Shown here piece by piece: positions 10,626 through 21,102 of a DNA stretch of 64,000 nt. Both the position numbers and the translations under genes were made by a program. This DNA is from a bacterium (GTDB lineage Bacteria > Babelota > Babeliae > Babelales > JAUWHS01). The stretch spans positions 1-64,000 of the forward strand of contig JBDRFY010000050.1 in assembly GCA_043818275.1 (NCBI GenBank). The letters are read 5' to 3'. Every line of letters starts with the position of its first letter. Within the stretch, counting starts at the first letter, position 1. The notes under the pieces are model-generated. The model did not search any database. It was not told where the DNA came from and saw nothing but the letters and a program-made list of their open reading frames with translations.

Positions 10626-11378
10626 TTTCGGATTTAAAAGATTTTTTATACTTAATTGTTCTTTTGCTTCCAGCAACTTTTCTTCACATTCTAAAGGTTC
10701 AACAAAGGCTTTCTGAATATTACAAATCTCAACAAAACTCAACCCTCCATTTTTTCGTAAATATTTTTCTATTTTTTCATATTCTTTTTTAATCAATGCA
10801 TTTCTTACAATATATTTCATTTTTACAACAACATCTAAAAAGGTTTCCTGGCGACCTGTACAAACAATATTCAAAAAAGCAATTTTAAAATCTTTGGGAA
10901 CAATATTTTCCATAAACAATTTAAACAACCTATAATCCGCATGGAGCACAATATCATATAAAAAATAATAATTGTTTAAAGAACAAAATAAATCTTTTCT
11001 CAAAGTAAATAACCCTAAAATCGCTTTTCTATAAAAAACTAAAGAGTCCGCTTTTTTAGAGTCGTAACAAATAATATTATATGGTTCTTGCTTATCAAAC
11101 AAAGAATTATAGCTGCTCATGAGAAGATTAAAAGAATTTTTCATAAAAAATATAGTGAATAAAGAAAATGTATAACGATAACATAATTTTTTTTCAAAAT
11201 TGAGATCAATATAATCTTGTTCACAGAATAAATACGCCATTACACCTACATCAAATGGAGTATAAACAACTCCGTTTACTTTACAGGGATTCATATAAAC
11301 AGGCGCATTTTTAATCGCAAAAATATTATTTATAAAAAGCATAAACAAAAAACATAAAAAATATTTTTTGATATTCAT
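10620..11378 (-). CDS. Secreted hypothetical protein, degenerate ankyrin-like C-terminus; paralog of 11392-12123
   Basis: Signal peptide; LYDIVLHADY...TFLDVV...YEKIEKYLRKNGG. Confidence 0.55.
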   Translation of the reverse strand: MNIKKYFLCFLFMLFINNIFAIKNAPVYMNPCKVNGVVYTPFDVGVMAYLFCEQDYIDLNFEKKLCYRYTFSLFTIFFMKNSFNLLMSSYNSLFDKQEPYNIICYDSKKADSLVFYRKAILGLFTLRKDLFCSLNNYYFLYDIVLHADYRLFKLFMENIVPKDFKIAFLNIVCTGRQETFLDVVVKMKYIVRNALIKKEYEKIEKYLRKNGGLSFVEICNIQKAFVEPLECEEKLLEAKEQLSIKNLLNPKS

Positions 11379-11391
11379 CTTTTTTTCCTCA

Positions 11392-12123
11392 TTAAAAAAT
11401 TAATTTGGGAAACAAAGTAGAAACCCCACAATAGGTATGTAAAGATTTTGCTATTTTAAGGTATTGCGATTTAACAAATCCGGGTTCTGATTGAAAATAC
11501 AACCAAAGAGCAATATCTAACAAGGTCACATTAAAAAACTTACCCCCCACATCTAGTTCATACAATTTGTTTATAATTTTATTGGTATAATTTGAATTAA
11601 AAAAATTATTTAAACAAAAATTTAATAAAGAATAATCCGCATGATAAACTATATTATATAAATAATTCAAATCAAAAAATATACAATTAAGCCGACAATA
11701 AAACGTTTTAATTACAATCAACAATCCTTTGATTGCGTCTAAATAAAGTTCTTTATCTGATTTTATTTGTTCGCAAAATTCTTTTTCAGTAACGCCTACT
11801 GGATTCAAACAAGAAAAATACATTAAAAAAAAGAATTCTAAGATAAGTTTAAATTGATCTATTTCCAAACTTTTAAATGGAGTAATTTCATCACTGGAAA
11901 AACTCAAAACTGAATTAACACATTTTTTTTGAGCCTCAAAAATTTTATAAACATTTTGTGAATATTCAGCATAATATAACATTGAAGTTACAGGTGCATC
12001 ACTGCTAAAACGTAATGAATTAAGCTTACAATAATTAACATTCGACAAAAGTATGATTATAAATAAAAATAGATAAAAAAAACGCACGTTTAACTTTCTG
12101 CTTTGTAAAAAAAGAATAAACAA
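11392..12123 (-). CDS. Secreted/membrane hypothetical protein; paralog of 10620-11378 (start uncertain)
   Basis: Hydrophobic N-terminus; LYNIVYHADY...TLLDIA...YLKIAKSLHTYCG. Confidence 0.55.
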   Translation of the reverse strand: MFILFLQSRKLNVRFFYLFLFIIILLSNVNYCKLNSLRFSSDAPVTSMLYYAEYSQNVYKIFEAQKKCVNSVLSFSSDEITPFKSLEIDQFKLILEFFFLMYFSCLNPVGVTEKEFCEQIKSDKELYLDAIKGLLIVIKTFYCRLNCIFFDLNYLYNIVYHADYSLLNFCLNNFFNSNYTNKIINKLYELDVGGKFFNVTLLDIALWLYFQSEPGFVKSQYLKIAKSLHTYCGVSTLFPKLIF

Positions 12124-12263
12124 TATTAAATAAAAAATTTAAAAAGGCAAAAAAACCCGACATTTTATCAGGTTTTTTTTGATAAAAATTAAAAATTTAG
12201 TTAATTATTTTAAACTTTATGCAATTAAACTATAAAACCTTTCATCATTACTTCGACTTTTAA

Positions 12264-12500
12264 TTATTTTTGATTCATTTTTTCTAATATTTTTTTAGAA
12301 CGTCCTTGTGCGTAGGCTCTATCCAAGTATAGCGTATCAAAATGCCGTAATGTATGTTCTTCCAAAACGTTTTTACATAAATTTTTTATATGTAAATGAT
12401 AAGGAGTTAGTTTGGTATTAAATTGTGAATCAGTCCCAAGAAATTCAAACAGATCAAAAAATGCATCTATAGTTTTTGTAGATTTATCATTGGCTAACAA
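12264..12500 (-). pseudogene. Short ORF, possibly a C-terminal gene remnant
   Basis: 78 protein-like codons, TTG start without RBS, just downstream of a terminator. Confidence 0.25.
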
Positions 12501-12521
12501 TTCAAAGTTTGTATTAACACA

Positions 12522-12562
12522 AAAAGAAGAAGGCGCGACGATAAGTTGCGCCTTCTTCTTTT
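12522..12562. terminator. Intrinsic terminator closing the seven-gene locus (potentially bidirectional)
   Basis: aaaagaagaaggcgcgac-gataa-gttgcgccttcttctttt hairpin, 17 nt after the 12580 stop. Confidence 0.8.
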
Positions 12563-12579
12563 ATTAACTAAAATTTTAA

Positions 12580-14004
12580 TTAATTTTTAAAAATAATAGC
12601 AGAACCATCTTTAATTCTTGAAACACCTTTTCCTAATTCAATTGCAGATCGAAGTCTTTCTTCATTTAAAATATCAAGAAGATCAAAGCGTGTTAACATT
12701 AAATCATCAATAATTGACCTGTGATGACCTGAATCAACAATAATTGGAATACCAAATTCCGGAATAATATTACTTGTAAACCCAACAGCTTCAAGTTCTA
12801 TTGCTTCCACCGCAAATCTATTTTTTGCGGTACTACTTGAAGCATCCCAGATTGGATCACCAGAAACCTGCAATTTATTCGCACCAAGATACGAATTTTC
12901 AATGACTATAAATGCATCTGCCTGATTATTAACTTTTACAATCACATCATCAAAAATTATTCTGGCTATTCCGTTTGTAGACGTCAGATAAATAAAATTT
13001 GTTGCGAAATTTATTACCGGAACTTTTCCTTTTTCCAGTTGAGCTTTCGCATCCGAAGTTTCAATCGGCGATCGAAGCACAAAATCAAAATGTAAAACAT
13101 TGTCTCCCGTTTCTGCATAATTTAAAAATCCATTAAACCATACATTATTTTCAAGTAATCTGAACGTGTTATCCAGACTTTCAATATAAAATGACATACC
13201 TGTACTTTTTTCAATATTAACTGCCGTATTCCCAACCAGACCAAGCGCACCTATAACATTTCCTGATGTTTGATAAGCAAAATATTCAAGTCCCGTTAAT
13301 TCAATATTTTGTAAAGCTAAAGTTCCTAAACCAAGATTAAACATTGGAGTATTTGTTGGATCAGCAGGAGTAAATTTCAAACGTTTTTGTCCACCTATTC
13401 CCATTATAGTAAATACATTTTGACCTGTAATCTGAAATTTGCCTCTCGTAAATGTAATACTTTCATCCAATCCCCAAACAACATTTTCTCCAAAAATAAG
13501 TTGCGATGAATCAGACATTAAAGAAAAAGTTTTTTGAGTTATTCCTAACATTTTTATGTTATTTAATATAACGTATTTTCCAGGAGAAATAATAAATTGA
13601 GGATTCAATGATCCGGCAAAAATAAGAGTCGAGCCATTTCCATCTATATAAGTGTTTGTTCCAAATTCAAAAGATTCATCGGGACCAACAAAACCACTTT
13701 CTCCTATTACAGTAGGATGACTACTTGTCGCAGAATAATCTGGATATGGAGCCATGTTATAAGATATTATAACTCCATCAGGATAAGCCTCTTCCCAATT
13801 TACAGGATAATCTCCAGTTGCTTTTACAATAGAAGCATGACTCCAGCCAAACTGACGGCCATCACCTGTATATTTCAATCTAACACTTGAGTCTGGTTTT
13901 AAAGCCAAAGAAGAACTCATACTGGAAAAATCCAAAACTCCTTCAGCTGCATTTAAATTTCCAATTAACAAAAAACAACAAAGAAAAAAACTAATTTTTT
14001 TCAT
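12580..14004 (-). CDS. Secreted beta-solenoid-like protein, type C (no propeller)
   Basis: Signal peptide; N-terminal FSSMSSSLAL...GWS motif shared with type B; TYIDGNGSTL/VILNNIKM beta-rung motifs; divergent C-terminus. Confidence 0.7.
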   Translation of the reverse strand: MKKISFFLCCFLLIGNLNAAEGVLDFSSMSSSLALKPDSSVRLKYTGDGRQFGWSHASIVKATGDYPVNWEEAYPDGVIISYNMAPYPDYSATSSHPTVIGESGFVGPDESFEFGTNTYIDGNGSTLIFAGSLNPQFIISPGKYVILNNIKMLGITQKTFSLMSDSSQLIFGENVVWGLDESITFTRGKFQITGQNVFTIMGIGGQKRLKFTPADPTNTPMFNLGLGTLALQNIELTGLEYFAYQTSGNVIGALGLVGNTAVNIEKSTGMSFYIESLDNTFRLLENNVWFNGFLNYAETGDNVLHFDFVLRSPIETSDAKAQLEKGKVPVINFATNFIYLTSTNGIARIIFDDVIVKVNNQADAFIVIENSYLGANKLQVSGDPIWDASSSTAKNRFAVEAIELEAVGFTSNIIPEFGIPIIVDSGHHRSIIDDLMLTRFDLLDILNEERLRSAIELGKGVSRIKDGSAIIFKN

Positions 14005-14051
14005 AAACGTCCTTTCTCCTTTTATTTTTATTTTTATAAAAAATTTTAATT

Positions 14052-16232
14052 TTATGCCGGATTATAATCAACAAATCCCAATGTATCGACAAGAGCTCCG
14101 GATAAAACATAAGCATCCAAATTATTTTGAGAATTAATTCCATCACCAAAAGTTATGGCCGAACCGGTATTAAGATTAGAATTTGGTATACCGCCATCTA
14201 AATTAATTAAATTAACATTATTATTCATAATTAATTTACCTTTTGTCAGCAAAACACCATTTGTATCAGCGGGAGCAGAAAATGTTGAACCATTTAAATA
14301 AATACTCGATACTTCATCTTTCATTTCAATTAAATTTCTATTTTTATTTCTAGGAGCAAAAGAAAATGTTGTATCAAGATCAAAACAAAGACAAGCATGT
14401 GGGTTGATAATTAATGGTCTGTCTGATTCAAAAATAAATTTTGATGTTCCCGTAAAGGTAACATCATCGTAAACAAAAATTGTTCCCTGGGTAAATGTAT
14501 AATTTCCGGACATTGCAATTTCAACATCCTTGAAAACTAACTGACTGTCAGGAGCAAGCATTACAAAGCTTGGATTAGTCAAAGTCTGAATATTTTTAAT
14601 TTTCATATTTTTTAAAGTTACTGTAACACCACTATCAACTATTAAATGAGCATTATTATCAAAAACTAAAGTTCCGTTTCTACCATCAAGAATCGTGTTA
14701 CTTGTAAATTTAAGGCCTGCATTTGGATAAATACCAACATTACCGCCAAAAACAATCGCCTTATCATGTCCACTTATAGAACCACCAGATTTAAAATATG
14801 AACTTGAAGAAAGTTTTAAATCTGCCTGCAAAATCATTGTTCCACCATTCAAATCAATAGGAGAAGCAACAGCCACATGAATACCAATATAAATTAACGC
14901 ATCATTATCAAGAGTGATTCCTCTCATCTTACAATAATCGGCAACCTCACTTGCTCCATAATCAAAAACAAAATCTTCGGCAAATTTTCTAAAATCTGGC
15001 AATTCAGTAAAATAATTTTCCCCGGATCTTATTGCGCCACCAACCATTCTATACCAGTCATCCCGAATAGAATCATGCATCCATACTTCACCATAATATC
15101 CGGCCTCAAGAAAATCAATTGTAACTTTTTGAGGTCTTAAAATATATTCTTTGCCTCCCACTCCATCATCAAGAATTACCATTCTGTTTGCATTGTAAAG
15201 AGTCCCATAAAGATCATAAATGGTTTGTGGCAAATATGGTTCATTAACATTTGCCCAAATTGACCCTTCTTCTCCAACAGAAATATTACCTAAATAATTT
15301 GAAGTTAATGTCATAACCTGAGATGTTAAACGATCAACAGCTTTTAAATCTATTTTTTCCCATGTATCCAAATCAGGATTCCATTTAACCAGGCTTCTGT
15401 CTGTTCCTGTTCCGGTTGCAGTTGTATCGGTTGAGCGAATTCCAAAAACTAAACCATCACCACCAACAGATAAAGACTGTTGTACCAAATGTTCATCAAG
15501 TGTATTTGGATACCAACTACCCTTTGACTGATCATTCCATCTCAAACCATTCCATTGGTAAACTTTGGGATTTAGTGAACCATCGTGACCAATTGCCCAA
15601 ACATGATCTCTGTGTCCAATCGCAATTCGCCAAAAACGGGTAAAATCTGATGTTGGACTTGGCATAACTTCCCAGGATAAAGTTAATCTGTTCCACTTAT
15701 ATGAAACACCAGAGCTATCAATCCCCCACAAAGATCCATCTTTACCGGCAGAAATTTTATACATACCGTTAGTTACAAGCTTCCATGGAAAATCTTGTCC
15801 GGGAATTTGTGTATAACCATTTACATCATAAATATATAAAAGATTATTTTTTACTCCCCAAATTTCAGACGCTCCACCAATCGCAACCTGCTCAATCCCT
15901 GTATCAGTTGCAACATTGTCATAAAAAAGAAATCCCGTTTCTGCCAGAGAACCCAAAGCCTGTTTTGCTTCATAAATAAATTCTTCATGAACATTTCCGC
16001 CAGAATCATCTGTAAAATAATCATAATCATCCTTTGCCTCTTCCGATGATCCGTTAGCAATTGAGGCGTTACTCCATCCATACAAATTTGAAGATGTGGG
16101 AATATTAACTTTTGAAGAAGTATCGCTTAAAACAAAACTTGAATTGGTTTGAGAAAATTGAATTTTTCCATTAACAAAAAAATTAAAAATAAATAATCCT
16201 AAAAAGATTATTTTTAATTTTATTTTAATCAT
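14052..16232 (-). CDS. Secreted protein type B: tectonin-like six-repeat beta-propeller plus beta-solenoid
   Basis: Signal peptide; repeats VAIGGASEIWGV, ISAGKDGSLWGI, IAIGHRDHVWAI, LSVGGDGLVFGI, ISVGEEGSIWA, LEAGYYGEVW; C-terminal ITFGDG...VLSGA...DYNPA. Confidence 0.75.
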   Translation of the reverse strand: MIKIKLKIIFLGLFIFNFFVNGKIQFSQTNSSFVLSDTSSKVNIPTSSNLYGWSNASIANGSSEEAKDDYDYFTDDSGGNVHEEFIYEAKQALGSLAETGFLFYDNVATDTGIEQVAIGGASEIWGVKNNLLYIYDVNGYTQIPGQDFPWKLVTNGMYKISAGKDGSLWGIDSSGVSYKWNRLTLSWEVMPSPTSDFTRFWRIAIGHRDHVWAIGHDGSLNPKVYQWNGLRWNDQSKGSWYPNTLDEHLVQQSLSVGGDGLVFGIRSTDTTATGTGTDRSLVKWNPDLDTWEKIDLKAVDRLTSQVMTLTSNYLGNISVGEEGSIWANVNEPYLPQTIYDLYGTLYNANRMVILDDGVGGKEYILRPQKVTIDFLEAGYYGEVWMHDSIRDDWYRMVGGAIRSGENYFTELPDFRKFAEDFVFDYGASEVADYCKMRGITLDNDALIYIGIHVAVASPIDLNGGTMILQADLKLSSSSYFKSGGSISGHDKAIVFGGNVGIYPNAGLKFTSNTILDGRNGTLVFDNNAHLIVDSGVTVTLKNMKIKNIQTLTNPSFVMLAPDSQLVFKDVEIAMSGNYTFTQGTIFVYDDVTFTGTSKFIFESDRPLIINPHACLCFDLDTTFSFAPRNKNRNLIEMKDEVSSIYLNGSTFSAPADTNGVLLTKGKLIMNNNVNLINLDGGIPNSNLNTGSAITFGDGINSQNNLDAYVLSGALVDTLGFVDYNPA

Positions 16233-16261
16233 TACCCACCTTATTTTTTTATTTTTAAAAA

Positions 16262-17530
16262 TTAATCGGTATTACAGCCATATATTCTTCCATATGTTTC
16301 TATTTTGCATCCCGATAAAATTTCCATATCAATATCATTTCTTGGATCTGAACCATCACCCCACTGGATTACAGGATAATAAGGAACATTTGGAAAAGGA
16401 AACAGAGAAAATGTCCATGTATCTGGAATACTTCCATCATTTTTCAGGCATTCCAAAATAACTCTGTTATTAAAAATAACTGTCCCTTTAGTCAACACAA
16501 TTCCACCAACATCTTTTAGAACTCCCAGAGCGGGCCACTCATTTCCAGCGGCTGGATAACTTAAATAAAGTTGAATTGTATCTACAGGAATCTGAACTCT
16601 ACAATTATTAAAAAATAAGCGGGAAGACCTGTCTGCCATCACCAATTTTTTTTGGGACAAATCCATAATCCAAAGACTACCCAGCCACAAATATTCACAT
16701 GGCTGATGATATTTAAAAATTGTTCCAACATCCATCATAAAAGTTGAATTAGGCGCAATTTGCATCACGCCCTGGAAATATGGATATAAATTAGGATGTT
16801 TCCAATATGTTGCAAATGCAAACATTTTATTTTCACCACGAACTCTTACATCGTTGTAAATATAAAGACTTCCATAATCAAAAGAATAAGTATCACTTAA
16901 ATCTAAAATCACATCATCTAAAGAAATTTTCGATGTATTGGACTGAGTCGCTATTCCTCCTCCATTTATATAAGCAGCCCCACCCTTTAGATTTTTTACA
17001 ACTGCATTTTTTATCATAAAATTATTAGAACCAATAATAATTAATTGAGCCGCGTCTTCCAAATATAATTCGTTTCCCTGCATATCAATTGTTATATCAT
17101 TTAATAATCTAATTTTTCTGTTTGCAGGAATTGTTAAATTTCCATGACAAATTATACTGTTACCATTTCCTTTAATATAAACTGTAGAGCCCGCAGCAGC
17201 ACCAATTTGCAAATCAACTGAAGAACCGATATGTAAATCAGAAAGTAGACCAATCTGAGCACCAGAATCCAATCTAATTGAACCATTTCTAATTGGACAC
17301 GCAAGACCAAGATTTACAGTACAAGTTGGGTCAACATGCAAACCATATTGATAATCAACCATTCCCCAAACATCATAAGTTCCACCACCAGCTGTTGTGT
17401 ATTGCTCTTCTGAACCCAATGCATAAACGGTATTACTTCCTATTGCGTTAGAAGTGTTTAAGGCATCAAGAGAATAAAAAAGAATTAATAAATTTATTAA
17501 AAACAACAAAACAAATTTATTTTTTATCAT
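16262..17530 (-). CDS. Secreted beta-solenoid-like protein, type A
   Basis: Signal peptide then LNTSNAIGSNTVYAL; C-terminal GTVIFNNRV...WGDG...ILSGC motif. Confidence 0.75.
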   Translation of the reverse strand: MIKNKFVLLFLINLLILFYSLDALNTSNAIGSNTVYALGSEEQYTTAGGGTYDVWGMVDYQYGLHVDPTCTVNLGLACPIRNGSIRLDSGAQIGLLSDLHIGSSVDLQIGAAAGSTVYIKGNGNSIICHGNLTIPANRKIRLLNDITIDMQGNELYLEDAAQLIIIGSNNFMIKNAVVKNLKGGAAYINGGGIATQSNTSKISLDDVILDLSDTYSFDYGSLYIYNDVRVRGENKMFAFATYWKHPNLYPYFQGVMQIAPNSTFMMDVGTIFKYHQPCEYLWLGSLWIMDLSQKKLVMADRSSRLFFNNCRVQIPVDTIQLYLSYPAAGNEWPALGVLKDVGGIVLTKGTVIFNNRVILECLKNDGSIPDTWTFSLFPFPNVPYYPVIQWGDGSDPRNDIDMEILSGCKIETYGRIYGCNTD

Positions 17531-17564
17531 AACTACTCACCTTTATTAATCTTAATGTTCCTCC

Positions 17565-17718
17565 CCGCTCGTCCTGAGCGAAGTCGAAGGATATCGAGCG
17601 ACAAGCTAAAAACAACCAATTATTTAATGTAGAATTAAACTTTATATTGTTCATTTCAATAATTTTATTTCATTTAGTTTACCGCTCGTAATCCTTCGAC
17701 TACGCTCAGGACGAGCGG
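17565..17718. repeat. REP/MITE-like element (family 1, copy 2)
   Basis: ccgctcgtcctgagcgaagtcgaaggat (17565-17592) and atccttcgactacgctcaggacgagcgg (17691-17718); right arm identical to copy 1. Confidence 0.9.
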
Positions 17719-17809
17719 ATAGAGTTAATATTCTATGAATAAAGATACATTATGGCATAACATCAACTCACAAAATAATATCTCTATAACTTTCAAATAA
17801 TCAACCCTA

Positions 17810-19927
17810 TTAATTTGGATTGTAATCCAAATACCCTGCAATGTTCACCATAGCGCCCGAAAGCACTTTGGTATCAACACTGTTTTCTGCTGCACCATCT
17901 CCCAAAGTTATTGCTTTATTTATATCGGTATTTGGAATTCCATTATTTAAATTTTTCAGATTAACGTAATTGTCAAAAACCATAGTTCCTTTTGTAAGCA
18001 ATATTCCATTGTAAGTTCCATTAGCAGGAGCAGCAAAAGTAGATTGATCCAAATATAAAACAGATGTCGCGTCGCTTAATTTAAATAAATCTCTCGCTCC
18101 AGAATTTGGAACATAGGACAATGTTGTACCCAAATCAAAATAAATAGTTGAATGTGGATTAATAAACCACGGCATATTTGATTCATAAATAAGTTTTGAA
18201 GTACCTGTTATTTTTAAATCATCATCTAAAAATAAAACCCCTTGAGTAAATGTATAATCTCCGGAAAGTTCAATCTCAACATTTTGAAAAGATAAAAAAC
18301 TATTTTCAGACATTTCAATAACTGAATTGGCTGCATCCTGCAAACCTTTAAGAACTAAATTTCTTAATGATAATGTGACACCATTATCAATTTTTAATTT
18401 CGCGTTTTTATGCAAAGTTAAAGCGGCTCCTAAACCATCAATTACTGTTGTATCTGTAAATTGTAAACTTTGATTTTCATAAAGAGACAAATCATTTCCC
18501 AGAAAAATTGCATACCCAGAACCTGCAATTTTTCCGCCGGTCATAATGTAAGTTGTTGAAGAAAAATAAAGATCCGATTGCAATTGCATTGTTCCACCAT
18601 TAAGTGACAATGGAGATTCTAATGCTTCAGGAGCTACCCAAATTGTTTCCGGATCTTCTAATGTTGTATCAGAATTTGTAGTAAAACCTTCTTCTTCGTG
18701 ATAACCAGAAGGAACAGATCTTAATCCTGTCATAGAAGTTATGTTTGGCATTTGAGCCAAATAATTAATAACAGAACGAATAACTCCACCAACCAATCTA
18801 TACCAATAACTTAGGTAAGGATCAAAACACCATGCATCACCATAATAACCCATCTCAGTCAATGACGTTTCTTTTCTAACCTCAGTCAAAATTGCCGAGT
18901 AAGGAGCTGTTTTGGAAAGTTTTTCCAGTTTATAAAAAATAGGATAAGGCGAACCACCTGGTGTAATAATTATTCCAATATTATCTCTACGTCCAACAGA
19001 AATATTATCTATTGTGTGACCTGATAATCCTAAAGATACTTCATTCCAGGCTTCTGTTGTCCGGTCCCAAATTACTAATTTATCTCCCCCTGCATCACCA
19101 TGAACACCTAAAATAATTATATCAATTAACCCATCTCCACCAACTGAAATTGATTTATCCGGATACAAAGCGCCCACACTTCTGTCTATCCACTGATTTG
19201 ATTCATTGTGCCAATTATAAACATAATAAGTTGGACCACCATAATTTACCCCGAGTGCCCAAATATGATTTTTATCACAAACAGACAAATCAAAAAAATC
19301 ATTAATTGCCCCGGGGACAGGTTTTGCTATCCATGTTAAATTTTTGTCATCCCAGGCGTAAGGAGCTCCCGAAGTCAAACCACCATAAGCTCCGCCAATT
19401 CCCCAGACAGTATTTTCTCTTCCCGCGGAAAGTAATAAAGGCGCGTCTCCTTTTTCATGCCATGGAAATTTTTGATCTTCAATCTGAGTTTCACCATCAA
19501 TATCAATAAAATAAAATTTACTACCCTTTATTGCCCAAACATTTGCCGCCGAGCCAACACTAATTTGACTTACATCTCCACCCCAGGCTTTATCGTAATA
19601 AGGAATACCCGCCAAATTAAAAGAATTCAAATAAGACCTTGCTTCAAAAACATATTCTTTTTTTAACCTTAATGAATCAAGAGCATTAAAAACAGTCTGA
19701 TCTTTATAATTAACTATTCTGTCCGGTTCGGTAAATTCAACAAGTGTGCCACCTTTCCATCCAATTAAAGAACTTCCGTTTGCCAGACAAAATTGCGATG
19801 TTGTGTCACTTAAAACCAAACTTGATGAAATATTTGAAAAAGGAGTTTTATATTCCTGCAACGCATTAAGTGAAAAAAATGAGATCAGACTTAACGCAAA
19901 AAGATTTATTTGAAATATTCCTTTCAT
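17810..19927 (-). CDS. Secreted protein type B: tectonin-like propeller plus beta-solenoid
   Basis: ISVGSAANVWAI, LSAGRENTVWGI, LSVCDKNHIWAL, ISVGGDG, ISVGRRD, EMGYYGDAW; ends KAITLGDG...VLSGA...DYNPN. Confidence 0.75.
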   Translation of the reverse strand: MKGIFQINLFALSLISFFSLNALQEYKTPFSNISSSLVLSDTTSQFCLANGSSLIGWKGGTLVEFTEPDRIVNYKDQTVFNALDSLRLKKEYVFEARSYLNSFNLAGIPYYDKAWGGDVSQISVGSAANVWAIKGSKFYFIDIDGETQIEDQKFPWHEKGDAPLLLSAGRENTVWGIGGAYGGLTSGAPYAWDDKNLTWIAKPVPGAINDFFDLSVCDKNHIWALGVNYGGPTYYVYNWHNESNQWIDRSVGALYPDKSISVGGDGLIDIIILGVHGDAGGDKLVIWDRTTEAWNEVSLGLSGHTIDNISVGRRDNIGIIITPGGSPYPIFYKLEKLSKTAPYSAILTEVRKETSLTEMGYYGDAWCFDPYLSYWYRLVGGVIRSVINYLAQMPNITSMTGLRSVPSGYHEEEGFTTNSDTTLEDPETIWVAPEALESPLSLNGGTMQLQSDLYFSSTTYIMTGGKIAGSGYAIFLGNDLSLYENQSLQFTDTTVIDGLGAALTLHKNAKLKIDNGVTLSLRNLVLKGLQDAANSVIEMSENSFLSFQNVEIELSGDYTFTQGVLFLDDDLKITGTSKLIYESNMPWFINPHSTIYFDLGTTLSYVPNSGARDLFKLSDATSVLYLDQSTFAAPANGTYNGILLTKGTMVFDNYVNLKNLNNGIPNTDINKAITLGDGAAENSVDTKVLSGAMVNIAGYLDYNPN

Positions 19928-19971
19928 CCTTGCGCCCCTTTTTATAAAAATTTATTGGGCAAATTTTTTAT

Positions 19972-21102
19972 TTACACAAAATTTGCTTTTGTTACAACCA
20001 AGCTTCCAAAGATTTCTACTCTTACATCAGATAAAGCTTTTAAATTTAAATTAACCATGCCGCTTGTATCCTGAACATTTCCCCAAATTATTCCTTTTTG
20101 AGGATCATTATTAACATAACCACAAGTATAATTGCTAAAGGTGACTTTATTTTCCAAAATTAAAGATCCATTTTTTAAAAATAATCCTGAATAATTTGTT
20201 AGATCAGAAGGAACACTCAAAACAGCATCACTTAATCTAAGAACAGACGATGTATCTTTGAAAATTAAATTTTCTCTACATTGTGTAGTAACTGAAGAGC
20301 AATAGTCATACTCAAATATTGAATTTCTTTCAAAATTCAACCAGGATTCATTAGCGATTACAATTGGTTTTTGATTTGGATAATCATAAATAGACGACCT
20401 TTTAAACTTAAATCCATCACCCCAAACCCAGACATCATCATGAATAAATAACCAGCCCTGATCCAAATCATAATCATTTTGCAAATCAATAATCACATTT
20501 TGCAGGCAAAGCGCTGAACTGTTATCAACAAAACTAATTCCACCTACACCACTCGCATTACCATATAAACCGGTTAGTATCATATTTCTTAAAGTTAAAG
20601 TAACTCCACTATCAACAATTAATTGTGAGCCTGATCCAATATTTAAATAATTTCCTTTACAATCAATTATTGCATTGCTTTCAATAAATTTTAAATTTCT
20701 GTTATCCGGAATATTAAGTCCATTATCACACAGAAGAACTCCTTCATTTCCAATAAAATAAGCGGTATCACCCCCTGATGTACCAATAGTAAATTTTAAT
20801 GTTGAACCAATATCCAAATCTGTTAATAATTCCAAAACTGAACCATCTGAAAGTTTTATTTCTCCGCCTTTAATTGGGGACGCAAGACCCAAACCCAAAG
20901 TAACAGAAGAGTTAACACTAAAACCATCCTGATATGTGACAAAACCCCAAACATCATTTGAAGCGCTATAAACTTCTTGTGGTGTTAAAGCATACACAGT
21001 ATTACTTCCACGGGCATTTGAAGTATTTAAAGAAAATAAATTAAAAGAAAAAATAAAACATAAAACAAAAAAACTTAAAAAAAATTTATTAAGCTGGATC
21101 AT
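19972..21102 (-). CDS. Secreted beta-solenoid-like protein, type A
   Basis: LNTSNARGSNTVYAL; LIVDSGVTLTLRNM; start overlaps the upstream B gene end by 14 nt. Confidence 0.75.
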   Translation of the reverse strand: MIQLNKFFLSFFVLCFIFSFNLFSLNTSNARGSNTVYALTPQEVYSASNDVWGFVTYQDGFSVNSSVTLGLGLASPIKGGEIKLSDGSVLELLTDLDIGSTLKFTIGTSGGDTAYFIGNEGVLLCDNGLNIPDNRNLKFIESNAIIDCKGNYLNIGSGSQLIVDSGVTLTLRNMILTGLYGNASGVGGISFVDNSSALCLQNVIIDLQNDYDLDQGWLFIHDDVWVWGDGFKFKRSSIYDYPNQKPIVIANESWLNFERNSIFEYDYCSSVTTQCRENLIFKDTSSVLRLSDAVLSVPSDLTNYSGLFLKNGSLILENKVTFSNYTCGYVNNDPQKGIIWGNVQDTSGMVNLNLKALSDVRVEIFGSLVVTKANFV

